The notes under the pieces are model-generated. The model was given only the letters and a program-made list of their open reading frames with translations, was not told the origin of the DNA and searched no databases. A DNA stretch of 64,000 nucleotides from Chrysomallon squamiferum. Taxonomy: Eukaryota; Animalia; Mollusca. This document shows, piece by piece, positions 27,319-41,460 of the stretch; position 1 is the stretch's first letter; each line of letters opens with the position of its first letter. The stretch is taken from positions 5,952,001-6,016,000 of the forward strand of contig CM022666.1 of assembly GCA_012295275.1 (NCBI GenBank). Direction: 5' to 3'. The translations under genes were made by a program, and so were the position numbers.

Positions 27319-27518
27319 NNNNNNNNNNNNNNNNNNNNNNNNNNNNNNNNNNNNNNNNNNNNNNNNNNNNNNNNNNNNNNNNNNNNNNNNNNNNNNNNNN
27401 NNNNNNNNNNNNNNNNNNNNNNNNNNNNNNNNNNNNNNNNNNNNNNNNNNNNNNNNNNNNNNNNNNNNNNNNNNNNNNNNNNNNNNNNNNNNNNNNNNNN
27501 NNNNNNNNNNNNNNNNNN
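27319..27518. other. Assembly gap (200 N) inside the putative intron 1 of copy B
   Basis: Run of N. Confidence 0.99.
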
Positions 27519-27879
27519 TCAATTTACGTATTTACTCATGGCCTCATTCTGGATATGTGCTCTCTTTGCTGACATTGCATCATCCTCGAAATACCACGTC
27601 CCGGACAAGGTCGATCACGTGCACTTTGCAGATTTTCGAGATTTCTGCAAAATAACCGAGTGCTGTATTTTCTGTGGCTCCCATTATACTTATCTGCCAA
27701 CGCATGTGCAACGTGACCTTCGTCCTTATCGCGAGATTTAGTTTTTTTTCAAGTTGGTGTAATATCACGTAATATAATATTATACAAATGAATGTAGAGC
27801 GTGCAAAAATCTTGTACCTCATAGTGAAATAATAATTTTAAGCAAATGTACAAAACCTATGAAATAAGTAAAACATTTA

Positions 27880-28025
27880 CTTACTGATCTAAATTAGGCT
27901 GCCGCTGACTTCACACTCGAGACTTTGAAGAAAACGTATTATATTCTAATGTGTTCACTTTTTATTGGCTACTAAGATTTCCGAGAAATAATAAGATACT
28001 GGTCTTTCCACCCAAGGTATAAATA
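27880..28025 (-). promoter_or_regulatory. Putative first-exon/promoter region of copy B
   Basis: taggctgccgctgacttcac is homologous to the exon 1 of copy A. GAS motif TTCCGAGAA at 27979-27987 and kB-like GGTCTTTCC at 28001-28009. Confidence 0.45.
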
Positions 28026-30455
28026 GATGTTACCTCAGCCGTATTACTAATAGACGGATTCACAAAGTATGAGTGCATAATAAATAAATAAATAAATAAA
28101 CTTTATAGCTGATGTTCGTTCAGTTCATCGATAAACTCATTCAAGAACAAAAACAGCAAATGTATTTATTTATAACAATAAACATCCATTCATACAATCC
28201 GCCTATTAGTAATACGGTTGACCGACAACTATTTATAGCTAGGGTGGAAAACCCAGTTCCCGAAGTAAATGAATATTCATTACTTCTCGGAAATCCTCAA
28301 GGTGAAAAAAAACAAGCCAACAGCATAACGTTAATATGTTGTTATTTGAGATGCTGGCAACTGTCTAAAGAATCTTATTTGAGTATCAGAAACGTTTTAA
28401 ATAATAAATATATGAATGGGTAAATATGTCTGTTTATGTGTTAATTGACAAAAATATAATCTCTGTTTATATGGACCAAAATAAATAAATAGCAATAACA
28501 ACAACAATAATAATTATAAACAAACATTTTTAATAATAATAATAATAATAATAATAATATATATATATATATACACACACATATATATAGCACTTTTAAA
28601 ACACTGCATAAATTAAATTATTACATGATTGCTGCAATGTTAAAACTGGAACCCAAAAAGTAGCTAAACAGAAAAGAAAACAACAAAAATTAAACACTTT
28701 TATATAACCTTTTAAAATCTGTTCAAGAAAAATAACAACAAATCATAGCAAACTATTTAGTGAAACTCCTGGTTTCAAGCAATGACAGAAATGGATTTAA
28801 GGAACCAGGAATACGCTAAGGTCAGCTGGGTTTAGAGGGCGTGGACACTATCAGCCCCTCAGTGAAAATATTTTGTACTCTGAAAATGCAGCTTGTTATT
28901 GGAGACAAGTAACACAAAATTATCTATTACTTGTTATTATTCGCGACTCTCGGGATCCAGTGGAACAAATCAGTCCTAGTCAGACTGCGTGGTTTTGTCA
29001 ACTGATCGCTCATTCCACAAAGAAAATTATTTTTATTATTATTTGTTTTTCCTCATATAATCAGATGAATAAATTAGAAACTGATCTTACTGATCTTTTA
29101 TAAATTTGAAATTATTTATATGTCAGACTGTTGAATATGCATCTGCAGTTTAAAGGAAATACATACACGGATCATATTCATACTGAACACATCAAGTTTT
29201 TCAAGTATTAATTGTTATGGGTGTTTTGTCTTTCTAATTATTTGATAAAATACAAGGGCAGCAGCCGGTGTCAATCATGTTGATATCAGTGATAACAAAC
29301 CAAGTCTTCAGTATTTTTTATAGAAAAGGTCTTTTTTACCGAAGAGAAAGAGAGAGAAAAAGAAATGTTCACTCTCTCCAAAGCAGATCTTACTCGTATG
29401 TTTAATCTGTGGTGAAAATGTTGATTAATGGAATTTTATCAGGATTTTTGTGTTTTTTTATGATGAGCAATGTTCCCATCCGGACCTTTTGTTTATGACA
29501 AACTATTTATAGACTGGATGGAAATCTCATTTCTTGAAGATTTTTATTTATTACTTATCAGAAACCTTAATCTAAAGAAACACACACACACATATTTCTT
29601 AAATAATATATTATAACCGTATGCTTTTTATTTGCAAATGTCAGTCATGACCTAGTTATTGTTTTGTTAAGGAACCGATCTAGCATTTCATTAAAAAAAA
29701 ATTTAGAATGATATCAGCAACAGAATAATGCATTACTACTTTCTGATTCCGTGTGTTAATAATAGGGATAATGTTTTCTCTCGGTAAAAGCTTCGACTAC
29801 TGATTGTGACGAGCTATTTCTGGGTAGAAAGCTCAGATCTTGAAGAAATATTTATTCTCCAAAATTCTTAAAGGGTCCACCTCATTGTTAATATACTGTT
29901 ATTCAAAATACATGTATCAAAAAAACAACCTATTAAACCATATTCCAATACCATAATTAATTATTAATGTAAGAATTATAAAAATAAATCCAAAATGTTA
30001 AATATACCAACTTTATTTTTAAAAAAACAACCAAAAAAAAAACCAACAACATTAAATCGAATTAAATCTTTGTTTGATTATTATTATTATATCTGTTTTA
30101 ATAATAAATTATCTTACTTCAGACAAAAAAGTTCTTTAGTAAAAACTGATACAAAACCCTTAAAAAGAGAAGCGACAGTAAAATAATTTTATAAATAAAA
30201 TACCTATTTACAATTAGATAAATAAACAAATAAATAAATAAAGTAATAAAGTAATAACAATAATATGCAATAATTAAAAACACTAGTATTAGAGCAATTT
30301 TCAGTATAAGATGATGAATTTGGGCTGCTTAGTTGGGGAAAATAGCATAAATTATATTTTAAAATATATATTAACATCACAAACAAGCAATCACAAAAAA
30401 AGTAATGCAGAAAATTATACATTAACAGTTATAATTGAGGCCTCTCGAAACGATT

Positions 30456-31297
30456 TTACAGCATATACAGGCCAAAGTAGGTGGTCTCAGGATCTCTCAA
30501 AATTCTGTTCACAAGTGATGTTCTCACCACTACAGTGTCATTGGCTTTCAGGTAGTAAACAGCTCCAATGTAGGAAGCAACGAAACCTTCCTTGTATCTT
30601 CCTACTTTGAATGTTGTTTGATGATTTCTGTAGAGGACTTCATAATTTGGATAGTTTTCAATTGAGTGACACAGTCTATAGTATTCAAGCTGTCTGACTT
30701 GGTTGGCATGGAATAAAACGTTGCTGTATATGAAGTAGTAAGCAGTTTCTTTGACTTGAATCCCGTCAGCGACAACAGCCACACCTCCTTTCACAAACGA
30801 TCTTTTACCAGACGACGTCCATTTGATGAGAGGCTTCGGTGTGCCTGAAAAGTTTGTAAGAATAAACGACTTTTAAATATTATTTCTATTTTAAATCGTC
30901 AACAGTTGTAGTTAATATTACTAATATATTTGTATAACTACTACAAACTCCTGCTATTAACTACTTTAGTACCATCATTGATATTTTTACTACTAACGTG
31001 CTAATACTATTGTTATCACAATTTCTTCTATTATTTCCTAACCACTACTAATAACTATGTGGTCAGTACTACAACTACTTTTACCAGTGCTACTAATACT
31101 ACTACTTTACTACTACTACTACTACTACTCTAGTACTACTATTACTACTACTGCTAACACTGCTTCTACTTTTTGTTTTCTTACTTTCGTCATATGTTGC
31201 ATTCACATCCATTTGTAGATGAGCTGATGTCTTCACATTGTTTTCATTATTCAGACGATTAGCGACCTCTCTGATCTGTTTAAGTTTTTGTTCTGAA

Positions 31298-31334
<37 letters not shown>

Positions 31335-31462
31335 GACACATGTAGACTACAGATACATGTATAAATATATAGATTCATACATACATAGATTCGTACACAA
31401 TGTTTTTATTATCTGAATTCAAAAGATCAGCGACATCTCTGATGTGCTTAAGTTTTGGCTCT

Positions 31463-31512
<50 letters not shown>

Positions 31513-32286
31513 AATATAAATTTGTACATGTTTACATACTTAGACTATACACAAATATGCACGTACATACAAATACATAATTATATAAACTTTTGTGGAT
31601 AATTAAATATGAGTGTCTGAATGTTTCTGTTTGTGTGTAGATCCTTTTCTGTGTATCTGTCTGTGTTTGTGTATGTATGTGTTTATGGCTTTTCTTGTGT
31701 GTATCTGTGTTTCTGCGACTTTGTGTTTTTACGTGTCTGAGAGTGTATGCGTCTGTGTTAACTTACCACTTTTCTCAGCTTTTGTGTGACTTTCGCTCAG
31801 TTTCTACAAAGAATAACCAACTTGAAACTAAATAAATATTTTTCAGCACTATTAATTTCTCCTTTTCATAATTCAAATATTATTTCATTTCTAAAGAATT
31901 TAACTTTTTATTATTTTTATAGAGAATTACCTTGTTTCTTAATTTCATATCTACAGAAAACAATATTTTTTTCCATTTAATGTATTTATGCAATATAAGT
32001 TTTTAGAACTAAATATGGAATTTACCTTTTTCATAATTTCACTCATCACTTTTTCTCCATCTCTGTAACAGCAATACGTGATATTGTTCCTGCTTCTGGT
32101 CGTAGATTTGACATTACAACAGTTTTCTCCTGGTTTGCACGAGATTTTCACACACAGTTCCTTGTCAAACAACAAGCTGGTTTCACTGTTCAGAAATTCG
32201 TTTAATGTTCCAGATGCAATGAAACTGATGAGTATGAAGTTTAGTACCATAAGAGAAATGGCAAGGACTGGACGAACTGGTACCAT
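30456..32286 (-). CDS. TNF superfamily ligand, TRAIL/TNFSF10-like, copy C (264 aa, intact)
   Basis: Exons 32286-32026, 31803-31767, 31292-31185 and 30844-30456 have the same sizes and phases as copy B, with no stops. It ends ASYIGAVYYLKANDTVVVRTSLVNRILRDPETTYFGLYML*. Confidence 0.93.
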
Positions 32287-33550
32287 TTTGTGTAACAACT
32301 TTTATTTCCTTTAGAAGTAATCTGTAAAACATAACCCAAAGAAAACAAAAAGTTATTAGTAATAAATAATACCAAGATAAATACACACACCCGCATACGT
32401 ACACAGACACAATACACACACACTTATATAACACATTATTTCAGCAAACCGAAAATATACACTTGTACATACACAAATATGAAACTTAACAAAATCACAT
32501 ACAATATACACACGTACATATAGTTCTGTATAATATTCTTTCAAAGAAAAAAGTAAAATAAATAATATCAGGGTATATTTACATTGATAATATTCTTAGG
32601 CGATGTCAAAAAAATAAAAAAATAAAAAAATAGCAAAGGTTTTTATTTTGAAAATGCGAGGCCTGATTTATCAATTTTCAGTGAATGCCTTGTAAACCAC
32701 TGTGTACAAATACTCACCACTGAAATCCAATATGACAGCACAGCGATGTCTGATGAAACAGATAATCCTCTTGATGTAAAACTTGGACACGTGATACCAC
32801 AAAGTTTATCTTCAATTGTTGAGGAATGTAAGCAGTAGAGTTTTTCGTCCGAAGTTATTTATATCACTCGAAAGAGGTAGGATTTTAAAGTAACAATTAA
32901 AAATAAATATATTGTTTTTTCTCTTAAAACAAATGTATAGAGAAAACTGTTATGGTACATTAGCAATCAACGATGTAGCTTTCCAAGAATGAAGACAATG
33001 TAACAAAATGAAAGTAAGTGAAAAACAGCTTGAGATAGCAAAGCGCGCAATGAATACTCAATACCGTGAAGTGGAATAAATATCCAATCAAGACGCAGTA
33101 TTTTGATCACGTGACTAATGAAGGCGATAATGGCTCGTTTCCAGTATCCTACAGACAAAACATCTTATTTTTCTAAGAAATTAGAAAACAGTTCGGGCTC
33201 GATAGATTTTGATGGTTTAATTAAATCACTAAAATGTGTTTTTGTTGTGAAAAATTAAAAAACAAACAACAACACTCGGTGAACTCGGGTAGGGCTTAAT
33301 AGCGGAAAGTTCTACGTTCAGCGGACAAATTTGACAAGCCAGACCGTATCGACCTTACGGGGATTTTTTTTTTTTTTTTTTTTTCAAATTAAGATAATAT
33401 CACTTAATATTATACAAATGAAATTAGGGCGTGGAAAAATCCTAAACAGCAAAATGAACTGGTACATTAAGGTGCACATTTTCGGTGTCATATCACATAA
33501 TATTATACTATACACATGAAATTAGGGCGTGCATAAATCCTAAACAGCAG

Positions 33551-33996
33551 AGTGAAATTATAATTTTATATAAATATATATAACCTATGAAATAAGTGAA
33601 ATTAAAGTTTTATATAAATATATATAACCTATGAAATAAGTGAAATAATACTTTTATATAAATATATATAATCAATGAAATAACTGAAATTATAATTTTA
33701 TATAAATATATATATATAATCTATGAAATAACTGAAATTATAATTTTATATAAATATTTATAATCAATGAAATAAGTGAAATTATACTTTTATATAAATA
33801 TACATAACCTACGAAATAAGTGAAAATATAATTTTATATAATTAAATATAACCTGTGAAATGAGTGAAATTATACTTTATATAAATATATATAACTTATG
33901 AAATAAATGAAATTATAATTCTACATAAATATATATATGCTATGAAGTAAATGAAATTATAATTTTATATAAATATATATAACCTATGAAATAAGT
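33551..33996. repeat. ~39-bp AT-rich minisatellite, about 11 units
   Basis: The unit gtgaaattataattttatataaatatatataacctatgaaataa is repeated in tandem. Only 2-3 units occur at ~13520-13610 and about 1 at ~27823. Confidence 0.9.
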
Positions 33997-34011
33997 AAAA
34001 CATGTACTTAC

Positions 34012-34170
34012 CTAAATTAGGCTGCCTCTGTGTTCAGAATGGAGTGAAGCACGTCTACGATCTATGACAGGCTGCGTTGATTTTTATACCAGCTACTTTG
34101 AAAAGGTCGTATGACGTCGTCGACCTCCTTTCAGAGAATAATAATTTTCTTCGGGTATACTGGGCTTTCC
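34012..34170 (-). promoter_or_regulatory. Putative non-coding first exon and promoter of copy C
   Basis: CAGCCTAATTTAG|GTAAGT donor at 34012 and minus-strand TATAAAAA at 34081-34088. Upstream are TGACGTC (~34112), GAS TTCAGAGAA (34130-34138) and kB-like GGGCTTTCC (34162-34170). Confidence 0.55.
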
Positions 34171-35404
34171 ACGCAAGCTGTAAATACATGACAGTCAAGC
34201 GTATTACTTTGAAAACATAGTATCATATTTTCTACCAGCTCACTCGATCATTTTTGATTGGCTAAGAGGAAATGTCGTCTGCTTTATTTAAGTCGATTAC
34301 TAAATGTTTTTTCTTCTGTCTTTTTTAATTTTTCGCTATAGATTTCGTATAGTCATTTAATATACTATGAATAATATGAGCAAAGTTATTACATGTATTT
34401 TTTTGTCTGTTTGTATTGTTCATAAATAAACTTCATATTATAGTAGTTATTGCTATAATAGAAGTAGTAATAGTTGTTGTTTTAGTTGTGGTAGTAATAA
34501 TAGCTGTTGTTGTTGTTGCGGCTGGTTTTGTCGTTATTGTTAAATAAAGGGTACAGCGTAATTTCTATTCGTGTGTCAACTAAGCCATACACAACAAAAG
34601 GAAAACATGTAGTCTGTGTATCACACAGTGGAAAGTTGCAGCCCGGATTTGACATCTTACACGTAATCGGAATAAATAAATGTAGTCATCTATTATTATT
34701 ACACAGCCAGGAATATAAAATATCTCAGAAATATCTTCCAGTGACAGAAGACTCTTCTGTTTGTAAATGTCACTTGTAGCATGACTGTTGATTCAGTCTG
34801 CCGAATAAAAAAAATAAAGAAATAAAGAAAAAAATAAATGAGCGAAATATAGTAAAATAAAATAAAAACAAAAATAAAATAAAATAAAACAAATGAAAAT
34901 ATTTTTTTGAAATAAAATAAATAAGAATACAAAATTGTAAAACATTAAGTAAAATAAATAAATAAAGTAAAATATGCTGAATTAAAATTTTAAAACTAAA
35001 TTCAAATAAAAATAAAATAAAAATACAAAATGATAAAAATAAAGAAAAATAAATAAATACAGAAAGATATATTAATATAAATTAATTAATTAAAACAATA
35101 AAATCAATGAAATAAAATTGTAGTAGGTTAAAATAAAATTAATAAAGATAGAGTAAAATAAAAATAAAAATAAGCAACCAAACAAACCATAAATAAATAA
35201 ATAAATAATTAAAAAGAAGAAAAGAAAAGGGAAATGATATATTCTGTCACAAGGTGAACATTTATACATAATCGGGATAAATAACTCAAGTCATCCATTT
35301 ATTACTACAGGGCCAGGAATATAAAATGTCTCAGAAATATCTGCCTGTGACAGAAGAATCTTCCACTTGTAAACGTTACTTGTATCATGACTGTTGATTC
35401 AGTG

Positions 35405-35985
35405 GCTGGAAAAAAAGTAACAATTTTTATATAACAAAATGTATGAATTTACAGAGTATTGAATGTGGCATCATAGTCTACATGGGGTAACTGTTAAGCT
35501 TACTGATTAGGTCAGTTAAGGTAGATTAAAGAAAGAAGTTTCATACTGTGCAGAGGTGGTGACTTGTTACACTTATTAATTAGGCAGGATTAAAGAAAGA
35601 GTCTTCATATTGTGCAGGGGTGATGCTTGGGTCCAGCTTACTGATTATGATAGATTTAAACTAAGAGCTTCCTATTGTAAATGATTTATAAAGTGTTCGA
35701 TGTTGAAATGTGTTTCACTGTATATTCTCCACCTAGCTCAAGTGTCAGAAGTATGTTTAACATGGAAGTTATTCATAGCAATAAGGGTGGTATCAAAATC
35801 TGTTATGAAGGGTTCGTGTATGCTGCGGCAGAATTTCTTCGTGATATCGGGTGGAACATCAGCCTAAACCATCAACATTAAAATCAAAGAACATTAATAA
35901 AATACTCTGACAAAATGTGTTTAATATATCTTTCATTGCTAATGTATTTCATAATTAACTTTTTTTCCTGTGACTTTTTTTCAGG
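35405..35985 (+). mobile_element. Internally deleted MULE/FLYWCH-type element
   Basis: Ends ggaaaaaaagtaac and gtgactttttttt are inverted-repeat-like. The internal MEVIHSNKGGIKICYEGFVY resembles the start of a FLYWCH domain. Confidence 0.5.
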
Positions 35986-38900
35986 ATTAAGTATCACCTC
36001 CGAGTGCTAGGTGTTACTGACCCTTGCTGTTTATCAGAATAATCTGGCGACACACGTCAAGCTGCATGGCCGGGAACTCGTTGACAAATAACGTGAGTCA
36101 TTTTTCATAAAAGAACGGAGATTTTTTATTTTTTTTTGGTAGGAAAGAACTGGAACCAATCCAGGGTAACGGTCGCTGTCCACTGAACGCACTGTGTAAC
36201 TAGTTATGTAGATGTTTGCTCTTCTGTATTAACCCGTATGTGATTGTTGCGACCGATTACAATCATTCTCTCCATCTATAGTATTCTTTACTGATATATT
36301 GAATACAGTTTTAAAGGTGTTTTGTGTTTGTTGTGTTCTAGTGTACAATAAAGGGTGTATACATATATATGCTTTCTTATTAGATTATGCATGTGTTCAT
36401 ACTTTTGTTTAATAGATATTACCAGTGAAGGTATTTGTTTTATGTTTGTCAGGCTTTGAATACTCACAGATAATTTTAGCATATTATTCTTTAGTACGAA
36501 GACAGCAAGGAAGTTTTGTTCCTTCCTTCGTTGGAGCTGTCGACACTGCATAGACACATAGACATATATTACTTACATTTTATAAAATTAAATTAAATAA
36601 AAATATTTATTATAATCTCAAGTATATTCTGTTATTGTTAGATTGATAAAGTTACGTCAACCGTAATAGTGACAGATCGAAAAAGTACGAATGCATTTTC
36701 ATTGTTATAAATAAATAAATCTGATGTTGTGGTTGTTGTTATTGTTGCCTCTGATGTATAGCGTTACTTCTGTTCACGTGTTCGATACATTTTAGTACTT
36801 GATATAATACTACTATCACATGCTGAGATTTTTTCCCCACGATCGTTTTGACATTCCAGAATGCGCTAGAAGCCCTCCACTGCCAATCACATCGAAAAAC
36901 CTATAAACAGAAGTGTTCTCAAAAACGTGACTTTTGGAATATCTACAATGTCATTTTATACACACGTACATACTATTATGTCAGGTTAGTACTTTGCAGT
37001 TAATTGTTGATCTAATCAGAGCACAGGTGAGCCGGAAAAAACAAACAAACAAGAAAAACAAAACAAGAAATTAAAAACAAAACAACAATAAGAAAGAAAC
37101 AACAACAACAAGAAAGAAAGAACAACAAACTACAAACAAAAAAATACAAATAAGACACAACCACACACACAGTGATGAATTTTAAGAATATTGCTTTGTT
37201 CAGTTTGCTGTGAGTTGTTTTTATGATATAAAACTAGACTACGTCAAGTACATGTGATGTACGTGCATGAACAGAAACAAAGAAGGAAAAACTTAACAAC
37301 TGACTATTAACCAGGTAGTTTGTTATTTTTCATTTAATTACTCTTCAGTGGTCTAACCCTAAATAAATTATCAAAAGTTTAATCCAGAATATCTACATTA
37401 TCTAATTTTAAATGTCCTAACACACTTCAGCTATGCACTACAGTATATATCTACACAAGATCCACGGAGGCGCACTGTCATAAAAATTGGATTATTCCAT
37501 AACAGAAAAAAACTACTTATTTTTATTTATTTATTTTTAAAAATTGCGTCTGTTGTTCAGCTTATTTCTATGGCCTAGAGATAATAGTAATCACGACAAC
37601 GAAGTTGGTAGTGTGTCAGATATCAATCTCACGTCACGTGTACATTTCACAGCCAGCGACGTCATGGTTGGCCGGACTCAGAGTGAACACGTGGGCTGTG
37701 CATTTTGAATCAGCTGAGTCACTTCGCAAACAGCTATTTATAAACATTACTCGGTAGATCTATTTTTAAAGACAATGTACCCGGCATTTTAAAAGGTGTA
37801 CCAGTGACCTACTATTGTTGTCGTCGGTGTCAAGGACGACTGCTTAACTATTAAAACGTAAACAATGATATATCTGTTTGAATGAGCACGTATGTAGGTG
37901 TATCTATATAAGTATGTGATATGTACCTGGTTATATAACAGCAATATTTTACATAGTCTATAAAGTATACAAATTTTGCTTTATAAAATAAAAATTAAAT
38001 CATGTCGCTGACTGGTGTAGAAGCGAAAAGTGAGTTGAAAAATGATCTCATTAATTTTACTTGATATTACAACAACATGTATTACATACATTACATATTC
38101 ACTGTACAAATAAAAGCCATTATGCATGGAGTATTCATTATCATTTAACATTAATTATATTTACAACATCCACAGATGAGATGTTTAGAATATCAACTGT
38201 ACAAAAACATATTTGTACATAGAACATCTACAGCAGAACATCCATTGTGTACAGAACATCTACCATACAAGAACATTCACTGTACACTGAACATCTACTG
38301 TATTTGATCATCCAATGAGCAGTCTATATAGAACATCTGTACAAGATCTTTTTTTACACAGGACATAGACTGTAGAACAATCACTGCAGAAGAACACATA
38401 TTGTACATAGAATATCAACTGTACAAGAACATCCATTTGTAAATAGAACATCTATTGTACAAGAACATCCATTGTATAATGTGAGTAAAGCCTTAAATAA
38501 TAGTAAATAAAACCTGAAGCAGAGTCCATCTTTTGTGAATGATGAGCACTGTCAGTGATTATTCTGTTAATAAAATTCTGGATGATGATGTAGATAATAA
38601 AATTATCAACGATGAGGTTGCCATTGAATTTTTGAATGATGATGTTGAGAGTAAAACTGTGAATGATGATGTAGGATGATGGCCATGATAACCTTTGTTC
38701 TTACTTATGATACACGTTGTTTTTTTTAAAAATTTTTGTTGAGTTTTTTGTTTTTTTCAAGAACTCAGATTATTATTTTATTTTATTGAGATGAAAAGTT
38801 TTGTTACGACACAACTAAATTCCTCACTATCTTATAGATTATGGAAACAAATCTCTATACACATAGAGACATAATTTTTCAGAGAATCTGATGTCACTGT

Positions 38901-39637
38901 GAATATAAAACAATTGATATCAAATAAAAAAGTTCATGTGTTTGTGTTAAACAAATTGAGAGGGGTGTGCCATTTGTGTTCCCCCACACACGCCCATCTA
39001 TTTCGTGATATGACTTGAAGGAAATATCAGAATGTAATATTTTTATGTTTTCAGTTACTTTCTTTTCATGTGTCTTTCATTGTTTGATTCTTGCTGGTTT
39101 CAAAAATTATTCTTCGCCTGACAAAACCATATTTGTTATGGATGAAAAGAGAGAAATTAAAAATAAAAGAATTAATTTCATGGGGTAAGTAAGGAAATGT
39201 AATTAAATAATAACAACTGTATATTAAATAAATAAAACTATACACAAAAATTATTGATTAATTAAATTAATAAATCAGTAGTTTAACTAATAATGATAAC
39301 AGTATCTACAATGATTATAAACGAAATTAAAAAGAAATAATAAAAAATCAAAATCAAAATAAATACAATAATTAAATCAATATACATACATACATACATA
39401 CATACATACATACATAGTTTATTAATTAATAATTAAAAAGGATTAGTAATTAAATAATAACAATGGTAAATTAAATAAATAAAACTATACACAACAAATA
39501 TTGATTAATTGATTTAATAAATTAATACTTTAACCAATAATCATAAAAATAAAGAAACTATAACGATCATAAAGCAGATAAATAATTAAATAAATAGATG
39601 AATAAAATAATTAAATCAATAACAATAATAATAATAA

Positions 39638-39701
<64 letters not shown>

Positions 39702-40200
39702 GACCAGAACAATATTTTTATATTTATGATGTTGTGAAACGAGATATTATTTATAACTGAAATTAAAAGAAAAAAATATTCGAGACACCATCATAGACAG
39801 AAATAATTTACCTTCTTATGTAGATCCATAAAACCGAACCAAACAGTTCCTTGAGCACAACACTGGACAAAAACACAACAACAATTTGAGCTGTATCCAT
39901 GACGATGCGCCTGGCTGCAGTGAGTAAAGCGTCAAGTTGGTTTTCTACAATGTCTGGTCTCTCCGTCCGTCAAGTTGGTTTTCTACAATGTCTGGTCTCT
40001 CCGTCCTGTGAAAGTAAATTGTAAAAACAGATAATTACAATTTAAACAAATATAAGAAAACATATTACTTCAAGTAGTGTCTTTAAGGTTATTAAACACA
40101 TTCAGATATGTACAAATTATATCTTATAAAGCTTTTTGTCCTGACTGGATAAATTCTTTCATTTTCTGTTTTTCCATCTTCTTTATTCTTCTCTATATTC

Positions 40201-40400
40201 TCTCGCGCTCTCTCTCTCTCTCTGTCTATCCCTCTCTGCCTCTGTCTCTCTGTCGCTCTATCTCTCTGTCTCTCAGTCTATCTTTCTTTCTCTCTCTGTC
40301 TCTCTTTCTCTTTCTGTCTCTCTTTCTCTCTGTGTCTCTCTGTCTCACTCTTTCTCCCTCTTTCTCTCTGTCTCTGTATGTTTCTCTCTTTCTCTCTGTG

Positions 40401-40492
<92 letters not shown>
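40201..40492. repeat. (TC)n-rich microsatellite
   Basis: Visible directly in the sequence. Confidence 0.95.
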
Positions 40493-40494
<2 letters not shown>

Positions 40495-41119
40495 GTAATC
40501 ACCTTTTATAAAACTTGGGCCACACTTGATTAAGCTGACATCCAGTCGCTGAGATGACGTACTCCCGCTGCTGTTTGCTTCCCTCTACAGTGCAGTTGAT
40601 GTCCATGCCGAGGTTGACCAAGTAGGTGCAGTACGTCTCATTGTGTACAAACTGCAATGTTGTCAGCTGCTGCTGGTGTAGTTGCAGTGCACGTTCATGA
40701 CGTTCTAAATACGCTGCCATCCAGCTCTGGTACAAAGGAAGTTCCACTGTGTTTATTTGTTCTGCATGAGAAACAAGTCGACTGTTGATCATTTCAACTT
40801 GGAGGTCTATGAATCCGTTCTGAAATTTAAAAAAAATATATATATATTCAGATACACTGTATATTCTACATCACAGTATGTCAGTTTTATAATACCATAC
40901 ACTGAATAAATGGTATTTGTTATGCTGAATCTTTAATATTATATCCTTTGATTTATAAATGATATGATATGTACTGTAATAAGTTTGTATATTATATTCT
41001 TGGATATACACATTAATGTATTCATTTATACTCTACACCACAGGACCTCAATTATTTATAAAATGATACACAGAATACATATTATTTGCAATAATGAATC
41101 TGTAATATTATATCTTTAA

Positions 41120-41460
41120 ATATATAAATTACATGGTATGTACTGTATTTCATTATATATTATTTAATACTATATTACTGGATATATAATTTACATGGTA
41201 TGTACTGTATTTCATTATATATTATTTAATACTATATTACTGGATATATAATTTACATGGTATGTATTGCACTCTGTTATTCTTTAATACTGGATACATA
41301 AATTACATGGTATATACTGCAGTCTATTAATCTTTAACAGCGTATCTCTAGACGTATAAATTACATGGTATGTACTGCAGTCTATTAATCTTTAACAGCG
41401 TATCTCTAGACGTATAAATTACATGGTATGTACTGTACTGAATTATATAATATTTAATAC
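41120..41460. repeat. ~55-60 bp minisatellite (aaattacatggtatgtactg...), paralogous to ~52960-53460
   Basis: Tandem units begin aattacatggtatgtactg. Confidence 0.85.

Noticed and set aside
27172-27655. 116-aa ORFs on both strands
   Set aside because: Artefacts of the 200-N gap.
29900-30450. ATTTA (AU-rich element) motifs in the putative TNF 3' UTRs
   Set aside because: Expected by chance at this AT content, and the UTR ends are unknown.
33551-33996. Regularly spaced repeats resembling a CRISPR array (also 24160-24550, 41120-41460)
   Set aside because: The units are contiguous with no unique spacers, there are no cas genes, and the context is eukaryotic.
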